A stretch of DNA of 64,000 nt from Candidatus Parcubacteria bacterium (GTDB taxonomy: Bacteria; Patescibacteriota; Minisyncoccia; UBA6257; HR35), in NCBI GenBank assembly GCA_025999335.1, contig AP024681.1, positions 163,656 through 227,655 of the forward strand, read 5' to 3'. Positions 9,469 through 19,064 of this stretch are shown piece by piece. Made by a program: the position numbers and the translations under genes. The number at the start of each line of letters is the position of its first letter. Position 1 is the stretch's first letter. Under the pieces are notes generated by a model. The model did no database searches. It was not told where the DNA came from and saw nothing but the letters and a program-made list of their open reading frames with translations.

Positions 9469-10747
9469 TGCCCTTAGAAATTAATTTATGTTTATCAAAA
9501 AGATTATTAAATATCGCTTGACTATTTTCTGTCCAAGAAATCTTTAAGTCACTTAACAAATCTTTAGCAATATCCAAAGGTAAGCCATAAGATGTATATA
9601 AATAAAATATTTTTTCTCCTAAAGCAACTTCATCTTCATTGCCTTTAATAATCTTGTTAAACTGTCTTAAACCTGTAGTTAAAGTTTTTTCAAAAGATGT
9701 CATTTCATTATAAATTACTGATTTAATTTTATCAAAATTTTTTAATTCTGAATAAATATTATTATATTTATCCAAAACAGCTTTAATCAATTTTTCAACA
9801 TCATTCAAAGGAAAATGTAAAAATTTTAAATTAAGAGTTAGCCTTCTTAAAATTCTACGCAAAATATAACCTCTCTCTAAATTACTAGGATATAAACCAT
9901 CACCAATTAGAAATACACTGCTCCTTATATGATCCATTACAATTCGTGCTCTTTTAATATTATTATCTAAATCAAAATATTCGGCAAGAATTGATTTTAA
10001 AGAAGAGAAAAGATCAGTGTCAAAAACAGTTGGCGCTTTTTGAATAACTTTAACCAAACGTTCTAAACCCATACCTGTATCAACGCCGGGCATTTTTAAT
10101 TTCTCAAATTTTTTATTGCGATGTTGATAATATTCATTAAAAACTAAATTCCAAACTTCTATATTATCTATATATATTTCGGTAGTAGGACCACAAGGAC
10201 CTTCTTCGCCTGTTGGTCCCCAAAAATTATCATCGCGACCAGCTTTCTTAATTTGTTGATCGTCAAAGCCTATTTTTCTCCAAATATCATAACTTTCATT
10301 ATCAAAAGGGATATCGCTATCGCCTTCAAAAACAGTCACATAATCAATTGGCAATTTTAATTCCCGATGAATAAAATCAAAAGCCCAAGTAATAGCTGCC
10401 TGCTTAAAATATCCTTTATTTGAAAAATCATTAGGATCATCATTAACCACCGGACCAAAAGAAAAATTACCTAACATTTCAAAAAAAGTTAGATGCCGTT
10501 CATCGCCAATTTCATCTATATCGGTAGTGCGAAAACATTTTTGTATTGACGATACTCTAAAAGAACCAAAATCAGCTAAAGGATCTTGTTTTTGAACAAA
10601 GTAGTTTTTAAATTGCTGCATTCCCGCAGTAGTTAACAAAACTGAGGGATCGTTAGTAGGAATTAAAGAAGACGAAGGAATTATTTTATGTCCTCTCTTG
10701 CTAAAAAAATCACAAAATAATTTCCTTATTTCTTCTGAAGTTATCAT
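9461..10747 (-). CDS. alaS: Alanine--tRNA ligase, short form (no editing or C-Ala domain)
   Basis: DPSVLLTTAGMQQFK, RHLTFFEMLGNFSFG, GPCGP, VDTGMGLERL, GYILRRILRR; ends at 428 aa. Confidence 0.93.
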   Translation of the reverse strand: MITSEEIRKLFCDFFSKRGHKIIPSSSLIPTNDPSVLLTTAGMQQFKNYFVQKQDPLADFGSFRVSSIQKCFRTTDIDEIGDERHLTFFEMLGNFSFGPVVNDDPNDFSNKGYFKQAAITWAFDFIHRELKLPIDYVTVFEGDSDIPFDNESYDIWRKIGFDDQQIKKAGRDDNFWGPTGEEGPCGPTTEIYIDNIEVWNLVFNEYYQHRNKKFEKLKMPGVDTGMGLERLVKVIQKAPTVFDTDLFSSLKSILAEYFDLDNNIKRARIVMDHIRSSVFLIGDGLYPSNLERGYILRRILRRLTLNLKFLHFPLNDVEKLIKAVLDKYNNIYSELKNFDKIKSVIYNEMTSFEKTLTTGLRQFNKIIKGNEDEVALGEKIFYLYTSYGLPLDIAKDLLSDLKISWTENSQAIFNNLFDKHKLISKGNE

Positions 10748-10771
10748 TTTATATTATTATAAAATAAAAAA

Positions 10772-12220
10772 TTATTTATTACGCATAAAAGGAAAATAAA
10801 TAATATCCTGGATATTTTTTTTGTTAAGCAAAATAGTAAATAGTCTATCTAAACCAATTCCCAGTCCCGCAGCTGGCGGCATAGCAAATTCTAAAGCCTC
10901 GATAAAAGTTTCATCAAAGGGATGCGCCTCGGCATCACCTTTGCGTAAAACACGCGCTTCTTTTTCAAAACGTTCTTTTTGATCAAGAGGATCGTTTAGC
11001 TCGGCAAAAGCATTGGCAATTTCAAAACCTCCTAAATACAATTGAAACCTTAAAGTTAAATTATCGTTTTGAGGATGAGCTTTAGCTAAAGGCGAAATAT
11101 CTTTAGGATGATAAAGTAAAAATGTTGGTTGGACAAGCTGGGGGCGGATCTTTTTTTTGAAAATTTCGTCAGCTATTTTACCTTTATTCATAACTTTAGG
11201 ATTTAAGTGAATGTCATTTTTCGAAGCGAAATTAATAAAATCTTGTAAGCTATTATGAAAATAATCCAAACCGGTAATTTCTTTAAACAAAGAAATATAT
11301 TCATAGCGTTGCCATTTTTTATCTAAATCAATTACATAATTATTAAAATTAATCGCTAAATTATTTTGCCCTCGCCATTGGTTATATTGTTTAATTAATT
11401 TTTTTAAAATTTTTTCAGTAAAACGCATTAATCCTTCTAAATTTTGATAAGCCCAATATAGTTCTATCATCGTAAATTCAGGGTTATGCTCACGGTCAAT
11501 GCCTTCATTGCGAAAATTTTTACCGATTTCAAAAATTTTTTCAAAGCCACCAACTAACATTTTTTTTAATGATATCTCTGGGGCAATACGTAAATAAAGT
11601 TTTTCTTTTAAAGATTCCAAATAAGTAACAAAAGGTTTAGCTAAAGCACCACCATATTTTAATTGCAAAATAGGCGTTTCTACTTCTAAAAATCCTTCTT
11701 GCCATAAAATTTTTCTCAAACTTTCTAATAATTTAAAACGATGATAAAAGACTGTTTTTGTTTCGTCATAAAAAATAGTTCGCAAGTAAGGATGACGCAA
11801 TAATAATTCTTCATCTTTAACCTTATAATATTCATTAGAAAAATTTTTTAAAACTTTTGCCCCTAAACACCACTTAGACGCTAAAAGACTTTTCTCTTTA
11901 GTTTTAGTAAGAAATGCTTCGCCATAAAACAAAACAATATCGCCAATATCTATAATTTTTAAAAATTGTTCATAGTTAGGTATTAATTCAGCTTTAATAA
12001 TAATCTGTACTTTGCCAGAAAAATCCTTAAGATTTAAAAAAGTAATCTTGCCATGTTCTCTCAAAGACATTACCCTACCCCCTAGCCAAACTTTTTTTTG
12101 TTGCTTTATCAATTTATCGAAATTATTTACTAATTTTTCAATTGCTAACGGCTTAGGCACTGTATCAGGATAAGGATTAATGCCTAAGTCTTTTATCATT
12201 TTTAATTTATCTTCAGGCAT
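10772..12220 (-). CDS. lysS: Lysine--tRNA ligase (class II)
   Basis: YLRIAPE, FRNEGID..HNPEFT, GLGIGLDRL. Confidence 0.97.
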   Translation of the reverse strand: MPEDKLKMIKDLGINPYPDTVPKPLAIEKLVNNFDKLIKQQKKVWLGGRVMSLREHGKITFLNLKDFSGKVQIIIKAELIPNYEQFLKIIDIGDIVLFYGEAFLTKTKEKSLLASKWCLGAKVLKNFSNEYYKVKDEELLLRHPYLRTIFYDETKTVFYHRFKLLESLRKILWQEGFLEVETPILQLKYGGALAKPFVTYLESLKEKLYLRIAPEISLKKMLVGGFEKIFEIGKNFRNEGIDREHNPEFTMIELYWAYQNLEGLMRFTEKILKKLIKQYNQWRGQNNLAINFNNYVIDLDKKWQRYEYISLFKEITGLDYFHNSLQDFINFASKNDIHLNPKVMNKGKIADEIFKKKIRPQLVQPTFLLYHPKDISPLAKAHPQNDNLTLRFQLYLGGFEIANAFAELNDPLDQKERFEKEARVLRKGDAEAHPFDETFIEALEFAMPPAAGLGIGLDRLFTILLNKKNIQDIIYFPFMRNK

Positions 12221-12245
12221 CGTAATTATATAAATAAATTAATTT

Positions 12246-13469
12246 TTAATGACCCCTTAATTGCAATTGATTTGAAATTTGCTGATAAATTGGCACTAAA
12301 ACTGCTAAAGCAACTACGCCAACCATTAAACCTATAAAAACTAATAATAAAGGCTGAATTAAATTTAAAACGTTCTTAACGCTACTACGAAATTCATCTA
12401 AGTAAAAATCTTCTAATACCTTTAAAGTATCTTCCAAAGTTCCTGTTTCAGAAGCAATAGCTAAAATACTTGACAAAAACATTGGAATAACATCTTGTTT
12501 TTTTAAAGCATCTCCAAACTTACGTCCTGTTTTTAATTCTTTTTCAATTTCTAAAATTGCTTCTTTTAATTTGTAATAAGGGACAGCTTCAGCAGTAAGA
12601 ACCAGTGATTGAGTTAAAGGCAAACCAGCAATCAATAACGACCTCAAAATAAATAAAAATTGAATCAATGAATAACTTAAATAAAATCTATAAATTAAAG
12701 GTAAAGTAATTAGATACTTCGCTAACTTTGCTCTTGTTCGACGCATCATTAAAACTAAAACCAGTGCCAAAAAAAATATCAAAAAAATAGAACCTAAAAT
12801 TAATAAATTATCATTAATAAAATTACTAATATTAATCATAATTTTTGTAAAAAAAGGCGGCTCTGAAGAAAGTTGCGTCAGCAAAACACCAATTCGTGGC
12901 ATTACAAAAACAAAAAGAATAAACATAACAACGAAAGACAAAATAACAATAATTACAGGATAAATCATATTAGAAATTATTTCGCTTTTTATCTGTTTTT
13001 GTCTCTCTAAATTTTCTGCTAATTTGTTCAAATTATTAGCTAAATTACCCGATAATTCGCCGGCTTTAATAGTTTCCACTTCAATAGATGAAAAAACTTG
13101 GGGAAAATAAGAAAAAGTTTTATAAAAAGGTTCACCGCGCTGCAAATTATAGCTTAAATAAAACAAAAAATCTTTAGCGCTACCTTTAGCTTCTTTCATT
13201 AAAATTGATAAGCCGCTTTCTAAGCCTAATCCGGATTTTAAAATAACATAAAAATTCCTCATTAAAAATAATTTTGTTTTTAAATTGATACGAAAAAATA
13301 ATTTATAAAAAAAACGATATAGAAAAGTTTTTAATAAAGGTTTTACTTCAATGGGAGTCAGGTTATTTCTTAACAAAAATGCCACCACTTCTTCTTCTCG
13401 CGGCATAAATAAATTACCCTTATGAATCTTACCTTTATTATCGTAAGCTTTAAAACGATAAACAAGCAT
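12246..13469 (-). CDS. pilC: Type IV pilus inner-membrane platform protein PilC/GspF
   Basis: AGELSGNL, MIYP, duplicated T2SSF domains; coupled to pilB. Confidence 0.9.
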   Translation of the reverse strand: MLVYRFKAYDNKGKIHKGNLFMPREEEVVAFLLRNNLTPIEVKPLLKTFLYRFFYKLFFRINLKTKLFLMRNFYVILKSGLGLESGLSILMKEAKGSAKDFLFYLSYNLQRGEPFYKTFSYFPQVFSSIEVETIKAGELSGNLANNLNKLAENLERQKQIKSEIISNMIYPVIIVILSFVVMFILFVFVMPRIGVLLTQLSSEPPFFTKIMINISNFINDNLLILGSIFLIFFLALVLVLMMRRTRAKLAKYLITLPLIYRFYLSYSLIQFLFILRSLLIAGLPLTQSLVLTAEAVPYYKLKEAILEIEKELKTGRKFGDALKKQDVIPMFLSSILAIASETGTLEDTLKVLEDFYLDEFRSSVKNVLNLIQPLLLVFIGLMVGVVALAVLVPIYQQISNQLQLRGH

Positions 13470-15166
13470 TATTCTCTTATAATTCTTAAAGCTTCTTCGA
13501 GAGTTGTAATGCCGACAGAAATTTTATCTAAAGCATCTTCAAACATAGTTCGATAACCATGTTTACGAATAATATTTTTAATTTTATCCATTTCAAGATC
13601 CTTGCTCGCAATCAAATATTTTAATTCTTCGTTCATTGTTAAAGCTTCAAAAATGCCTATTCTGCCTAAATAACCACTATGCCCACAAAGATCACAACCC
13701 TTGCCAAAATAAACAATTGAAGGCAAAGAATTACTATAATTTTCTAAATCTTCTTCTGGTAATCTTAATGATTTTAATTGTTCCATAATAATTGTTCGTT
13801 TAGCTTGACTTAACTCTTCTGAAGTAATACAATTAGTACATATTTTTCTTGTTAATCTTTGCGCTAAAACTAAAACCAAACTATCGGCTATTAAATAATG
13901 AGGCACACCTAATTCCGCTAATCTAGGAACAGCTGTAGGCGCATCATTGGTATGCAAAGTTGACAATACTAAATGACCTGTTAAAGCTGCGTGATTAGCA
14001 ACTTCCGCGGTTTCTGAATCTCTGATCTCGCCAACCATAATAATATTAGGATCTTGTCTTAAAAAAGCTCGCAAGCCAGCAGCAAAAGTTAATCCTATTT
14101 TAGGGTTTACTTGAGTTTGATTGACGCGAGGAATAGCATATTCAACTGGATCTTCAATGGTAACAATATTAACTGAAGGGTTATTAAGCATATTAATAAT
14201 CGTATATAAAGTCGTTGTTTTACCAGAACCAGTAGGACCAGTAACCAAAATCAATCCAAAGGTTTTCTTAATAGATTGTTCTATTTTTTCTTTAATAACG
14301 CCAGTAACGCCTAATTCTTCTAAAGATGTTGGTTTAACATTTCCCGATAAAATTCTTAAAACAGATTTTTCACCATAAATAGTTGGCATAATAGCTACCC
14401 TCATATCAAATTCATTATCTGAAATTTTCATTTTAAATCTACCGTCTAAAGGTTTAAAATGCTCATCTAAAGGTAAATTACTTAAAACTTTAATGCGAGC
14501 TATAAAAGGATCTAAAAAACTTTTAGGCATTACCATTATATCTCTTAAAATACCATCAATACGAAAACGAACTAACAAAGCATTTTCTAAAGGTTCAATA
14601 TGAATATCAGAAGCATTAGTGCCAATAGCATAACCTAAAAGATTATTAAATAAACGCATAATATTAGCCTCGCCAGCTTCAAAGATTCCTGCATTTAAAT
14701 CTGATTGCAATAAACGTTCATATTCTTCTTTGTATAATTTTTGGTAATTTACCAAAGCGTACTGCAATTCTTGAGGCGTTACTAAATAGGGCTGCACTTT
14801 AAAACGTGTTATCTCTTCCAAAAGTTTAATAGTTTCTAAATCTTGAGGATTCAGCATTGCTACTTTTAAAACATTATTTTCCAAATCAAAAGGAATTAAT
14901 TTTTTTTCAAAAGCTAATTTTTGAGGTACTAATGCTAAAATATTTGGCTGAATATCAACTCCACCTATGTTAATTCGCGGCACTTTAATCTCTTCAGCAA
15001 GAATATTGTAGAATAAATTTAAATCAACAATTTTTCTATTTAAAATAATATCGATAGGCTTAATATTTAAGCGAGCAGCTTCTTTGCTAATTTCTTGCCA
15101 AATACTTTCATCAATTAAGCCTCTTTTAATTAAAATTTGTTTAATTTCTTCTTGGGGTAGTAACAT
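13469..15166 (-). CDS. pilB: Type IV pilus assembly ATPase PilB/GspE
   Basis: ASDIHIEP, GPTGSGKTTTLY, TIEDPVEY, LRQDPNIIMVGEIRD, Cys pairs CTNC/CDLC. Confidence 0.95.
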   Translation of the reverse strand: MLLPQEEIKQILIKRGLIDESIWQEISKEAARLNIKPIDIILNRKIVDLNLFYNILAEEIKVPRINIGGVDIQPNILALVPQKLAFEKKLIPFDLENNVLKVAMLNPQDLETIKLLEEITRFKVQPYLVTPQELQYALVNYQKLYKEEYERLLQSDLNAGIFEAGEANIMRLFNNLLGYAIGTNASDIHIEPLENALLVRFRIDGILRDIMVMPKSFLDPFIARIKVLSNLPLDEHFKPLDGRFKMKISDNEFDMRVAIMPTIYGEKSVLRILSGNVKPTSLEELGVTGVIKEKIEQSIKKTFGLILVTGPTGSGKTTTLYTIINMLNNPSVNIVTIEDPVEYAIPRVNQTQVNPKIGLTFAAGLRAFLRQDPNIIMVGEIRDSETAEVANHAALTGHLVLSTLHTNDAPTAVPRLAELGVPHYLIADSLVLVLAQRLTRKICTNCITSEELSQAKRTIIMEQLKSLRLPEEDLENYSNSLPSIVYFGKGCDLCGHSGYLGRIGIFEALTMNEELKYLIASKDLEMDKIKNIIRKHGYRTMFEDALDKISVGITTLEEALRIIRE

Positions 15167-15182
15167 TCATACTAATATTATA

Positions 15183-15848
15183 CTATTTTTGTAATAAATA
15201 ATTCGCTGTAAGCAAGTACTGAATTACAAACAAAAACCAAGCGTTTAATAACCAATAGTTCCTAAAAGAAAAAAGCATTTTATTAATCATCTGCTGTTGA
15301 TTGCTTAAAAAACTTTTATTGTTTAACAACAAATCCATTAATACTTTGCCTATTATTATTAATGATAGCATAAAAAATCCTAATAAAATAAAAACAAAAT
15401 TTAAAGGAAAAATAAATATTAAAGAAAGCAAAGGCATTAATATTCTTTCATCATCATAAAAAACATCGCGCTGGATAATTTTTGTTAGAAGAACGATAAA
15501 AAGATAAATAATCGCCGCAGCCACTAAACGATAAACAAAATCTCGAAAAAAATGAAAATAAGCATAATCTAAAAAATAATCAATTGGATTATATGGCGGT
15601 AAAACATATTTAGTGATAGGATGGTCCTGCCAAAGTTTATATTGCAACAATGATAAAAGCGCTGACCAAAATATAAAGGAAAAAATTAAAAGAAAAAATA
15701 AAGATTTATAAAGAAACATTTTTGTCTGCAAAGAAGTTCGTATAACGTAAAAAACAATGGTAATTATTAATAAGCTAACTAATGAAAAAGGAAAATAAAT
15801 ATCATTAAAAGTTAACAATAAATCGTTCAGAATATTTAAAAGTATCAT
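15183..15848 (-). CDS. Hypothetical membrane protein upstream of pilB
   Basis: Multiple TM segments; weak resemblance to the A24 prepilin peptidase C-terminal region. Confidence 0.55.
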   Translation of the reverse strand: MILLNILNDLLLTFNDIYFPFSLVSLLIITIVFYVIRTSLQTKMFLYKSLFFLLIFSFIFWSALLSLLQYKLWQDHPITKYVLPPYNPIDYFLDYAYFHFFRDFVYRLVAAAIIYLFIVLLTKIIQRDVFYDDERILMPLLSLIFIFPLNFVFILLGFFMLSLIIIGKVLMDLLLNNKSFLSNQQQMINKMLFSFRNYWLLNAWFLFVIQYLLTANYLLQK

Positions 15849-15850
15849 AT

Positions 15851-15860
15851 TATAATTATA
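15851..15860. promoter_or_regulatory. Bidirectional -10 palindrome TATAATTATA between divergent start codons
   Basis: TATAAT on both strands, each 6 nt from an ATG (15863 + and 15848 -). Confidence 0.7.
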
Positions 15861-15862
15861 TT

Positions 15863-16333
15863 ATGAAAAATATCAACAAAGGTTTATCGCTACTTGAAAT
15901 TATCATTAGCCTTGGCTTAATTGCTACAATTTTAGCAACGATTATATATATATCAATTAATGTCTATAATAATGAAACGAGACTTAATCAAAATGTTGAT
16001 TATATTATAAATATTTTAAATATAGCTAAACAAAAATCTATTATTCAAGAAAAAAATCAACAGTGGGGAGTAATTTTAAAAAATAATGCCACTACAGCTG
16101 ATTATATTCAATTATTTTATAATCAACCTTTAGCAACATCTATTGAACGAACGTTTATCTTAGATCAAAATATCAATTTTGTTAATATCCCAACAAACTC
16201 TACAAAAATAATAATTTTCGAAAAATTAAAAGGAAAAACAACATCAACTAATATAGAAATTAGTTTTGGTCAAACTAAAAAAAATATTATGATTAATACC
16301 AGCGGCTTAATTTTTGCCACTTCGTCCCTGTAA
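15863..16333 (+). CDS. Type IV pilin-like protein
   Basis: Class III signal peptide NKG|LSLLE plus hydrophobic helix. Confidence 0.85.
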   Translation: MKNINKGLSLLEIIISLGLIATILATIIYISINVYNNETRLNQNVDYIINILNIAKQKSIIQEKNQQWGVILKNNATTADYIQLFYNQPLATSIERTFILDQNINFVNIPTNSTKIIIFEKLKGKTTSTNIEISFGQTKKNIMINTSGLIFATSSL

Positions 16334-16354
16334 TTAAATTCAAAAACATTAATT

Positions 16355-16768
16355 TTAGATGTCGATAATAAACTCAAAAATATAGCGATTATTTTTTTTA
16401 ACAAAAAGACATTGATGATAAGTAACCGCTTTTATTTCTTTAACTAAAGAAATAAAACTATATCCCTTTAAATATCCTTGTAAAATAATTTTCGGTGGTT
16501 TATTAATTATACTTCCCTCAAATTCAATAAAAAATATATTTTTAGCATAAATATAATTTAAAACTTTATTTAAAAAATCAACAAATAAAATCGGAACATC
16601 AAAAGATTGCACTTTAATTTTTTGCCTAACTTCTAAGCTATCTGACTTTATTTTAGGCAGCATAAACTTTTTTAAAGCATCAAGACTATTATTAATAACC
16701 TCTAAATAGTCTTGACCATAAACTCTAATTTTATAATCAGCCGTATGCTTAAGATATCTAAATTTCAT
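16355..16768 (-). CDS. Archease (RtcB cofactor family)
   Basis: N-terminal HTAD, EIKAVTYH and C-terminal IIDI signature. Confidence 0.9.
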   Translation of the reverse strand: MKFRYLKHTADYKIRVYGQDYLEVINNSLDALKKFMLPKIKSDSLEVRQKIKVQSFDVPILFVDFLNKVLNYIYAKNIFFIEFEGSIINKPPKIILQGYLKGYSFISLVKEIKAVTYHQCLFVKKNNRYIFEFIIDI

Positions 16769-18024
16769 TTAGCTGGAGGTACAATTTTATCTTTGCGCAT
16801 ATAAGGTTGTAAAACTTCAGGAATTTCGATGTAATTATCCTTTTGATAATTTTCTAAAATAGCGATGATTATTCTACCAATAGCTACAGCGGTAGCGTTT
16901 AAAGTATGAATAAATTCTATTTTTCCACTGCGACGACGAAATCTCGCGTTAACTCCGCGAGCTTGAAAATCAGTAGTATTGGAACAAGAATGTGTTTCTC
17001 GATATCTATTTTGACTTGGTATCCAAGCTTCAATGTCGTATTGTTTGTAATCAGTAAAACCAATATCGCCAGAACATATTAAAACAACACGATAAGGTAA
17101 TTTTAAAGCCTGCATAATTTTTTCTTGCAAAGAAAGCAAAAATTGATGTTCAGTTTCTGATTGTTCAGGTAAGGTAAAGGAAAACATTTCCAATTTATCA
17201 AATTGATGTGTTCTTAAAATTCCTTTTACATCTTTACCATAACTTCCAGCTTCTCGCCGAAAACACGAAGAAAATCCTAAAAAACGTTTAGGCAATTCTT
17301 TTTCTGATAAGACTTCGTCAGCATAATAAGGTCCAATTGTATGTTCAGCGCTACCTATTAAATACAAATCGTCTTTAGGTAAATAATACCTTTCCTCTTT
17401 TTGATCAGCCGCTAATCTACCCATACCCTTATAATATTTTTCTCTAATAAAAAAAGGAGGAATAATGGGAATAAAATCAAAATTTTTTAAAAAATCAAAA
17501 ACAAAATTAATCAAACTAAACTCTAATAAAACTAAATCATTTTTAAAATAATAAAAACGAGAACCGGCAATTTTAGCTGCTCTATCAATATCTAAAATAT
17601 CGTATTTCTTGCCTAAAAAAATATGATCATACTGATGATCAGTTTTTTTGATATCACCCCATTGTTTTATAACTAAATTATCTTTTTCACTTTTACCTAA
17701 AGGAACATCGCTAGCAATAATATTTGGCAAATTAAACAAATAATCATTCAGCTGTGATGTTTTTGCCTCAATAGAATCGTCTATTTTTTTTAAATCAATT
17801 TTTAATTGACGAAGATAATCAATAGTCTCATTATCGGGTTTAGTTTTCGATAATTTATTAACTGTTTCTTTTAAATGATTTCTTTGGACAATCAAATTGT
17901 TAATCTCAGTTTTTAAATCAATAATCTTGTCAATAATAGCTATATCTTTTTCTTGCCAATTTCTTTTCTTTAAATTATCTCTATATTTATTCGGATTTTT
18001 TAACAAATCTTTAATATCTATCAT
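16765..18024 (-). CDS. serS: Serine--tRNA ligase
   Basis: GSRFYY, CFRREAGSYGKD, RTHQFDKLE, HTLNATA. Confidence 0.97.
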   Translation of the reverse strand: MIDIKDLLKNPNKYRDNLKKRNWQEKDIAIIDKIIDLKTEINNLIVQRNHLKETVNKLSKTKPDNETIDYLRQLKIDLKKIDDSIEAKTSQLNDYLFNLPNIIASDVPLGKSEKDNLVIKQWGDIKKTDHQYDHIFLGKKYDILDIDRAAKIAGSRFYYFKNDLVLLEFSLINFVFDFLKNFDFIPIIPPFFIREKYYKGMGRLAADQKEERYYLPKDDLYLIGSAEHTIGPYYADEVLSEKELPKRFLGFSSCFRREAGSYGKDVKGILRTHQFDKLEMFSFTLPEQSETEHQFLLSLQEKIMQALKLPYRVVLICSGDIGFTDYKQYDIEAWIPSQNRYRETHSCSNTTDFQARGVNARFRRRSGKIEFIHTLNATAVAIGRIIIAILENYQKDNYIEIPEVLQPYMRKDKIVPPAK

Positions 18025-18026
18025 TG

Positions 18027-18036
18027 TATAATTATA
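18027..18036. promoter_or_regulatory. Bidirectional -10 palindrome TATAATTATA between serS and the ftsQ-like gene
   Basis: TATAAT 7 nt from ATG 18040 (+) and 6 nt from ATG 18024 (-). Confidence 0.7.
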
Positions 18037-18039
18037 CTA

Positions 18040-18702
18040 ATGAAAAAAAAGCGCCGATATAAAAATTTTTTATTAATTTTTTGTGTCTTTATTATTTTAA
18101 TTATACTATTTTTTTTATTTTTTAAATTTTCAAACATTAATATAGAACCTAAAAAATTTGACCCAATTCTAGGTTATTATTTTAAAAACCAATCTCTTTG
18201 GACAATTTTTAATAATAGTAGGTATATTATGGCAACCTTTCCAGAAATTATTAGAATTAGCATTAAGCCAAATTTTTTTAAACTTAATATTACAATTACT
18301 ATTAATGAAACAACGTATGTTGCTAAAATATGCTATCAAGAAGAATGTTCTTATTTAGATATATTTGCTCGCATTATCAAACCCAAACTGACGGTTCCCG
18401 AAAAGTTACCTTTTATTCAATCATATATTCAAATTACTAATAACTCTATGCTCCACCCGCTTTTACAAAATGCCTTAGCCACAATTTTTGAATATGCTAA
18501 TTGGAAGCCTGTCATAATTAAAAAGATTATTATTTATTCTAATTTAGATATTGCTATAATTGACAGTCTAGATAGAGAATTTATTTTCGATCCCTATAAA
18601 GATATTGAACAACAAATAAAAAAGATGGAAATATTTATTAATAAAAAAATAGAAGGCAAAAGAATTGATTTAAGAATTAATAAAAAAATTTATTTCTATT
18701 AA
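18040..18702 (+). CDS. Probable FtsQ/DivIB-like cell division protein
   Basis: Basic N-terminus, one TM, POTRA-like segment, C-terminal RIDLR motif. Confidence 0.6.
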   Translation: MKKKRRYKNFLLIFCVFIILIILFFLFFKFSNINIEPKKFDPILGYYFKNQSLWTIFNNSRYIMATFPEIIRISIKPNFFKLNITITINETTYVAKICYQEECSYLDIFARIIKPKLTVPEKLPFIQSYIQITNNSMLHPLLQNALATIFEYANWKPVIIKKIIIYSNLDIAIIDSLDREFIFDPYKDIEQQIKKMEIFINKKIEGKRIDLRINKKIYFY

Positions 18703-18705
18703 ATA

Positions 18706-18744
18706 AAAATAGCCTCTAAGTTAAAATTTCTTAGAGGCTATTTT
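18706..18744. terminator. Bidirectional intrinsic terminator
   Basis: 15-bp inverted repeat aaaatagcctctaag/cttagaggctatttt between convergent genes. Confidence 0.85.
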
Positions 18745-18756
18745 ATTTAGTATTTT

Positions 18757-18924
18757 TTAATTTCTAGGAGGCAAGCATTCGCGATGATAGATAGGCACAT
18801 CTTTTTTCGAAGGAATAAAAGGCAATGATTCTATGTCTTGCCCACATTTACTGCATATCCATCGTTCACCGTCTTTAGGTTTAAACTGACGAGCTGGTCC
18901 TCCCTTGCGAAACTGTTTAAACAT
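18757..18924 (-). CDS. Small zinc-ribbon protein (CxxC-x17-CxxC-like, 55 aa), not in ORF track
   Basis: MFKQFRKGGPARQFKPKDGERWICSKCGQDIESLPFIPSKKDVPIYHRECLPPRN; PF.P...P.Y pattern; own promoter and terminator. Confidence 0.85.
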   Translation of the reverse strand: MFKQFRKGGPARQFKPKDGERWICSKCGQDIESLPFIPSKKDVPIYHRECLPPRN

Positions 18925-19058
18925 ATCTTTGTCTATGAATTTTAAGGTTTAATAACGACTCTTAAACCATTAATCGGAGCGACAGTTTCACCTTAAAACC
19001 CATAGATAAAGATATGGGAGATGACGGTTGTACCATATCACACTCCGACTAATAGATA
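18922..19058 (-). ncRNA. Candidate cis-regulatory structured 5' leader with alternative folds
   Basis: 27-bp stem 18922-18948/18990-19016 versus 14-bp stem 18968-18981/19041-19054 plus two 7-bp hairpins. Confidence 0.7.
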
Positions 19059-19064
19059 TCTTCT

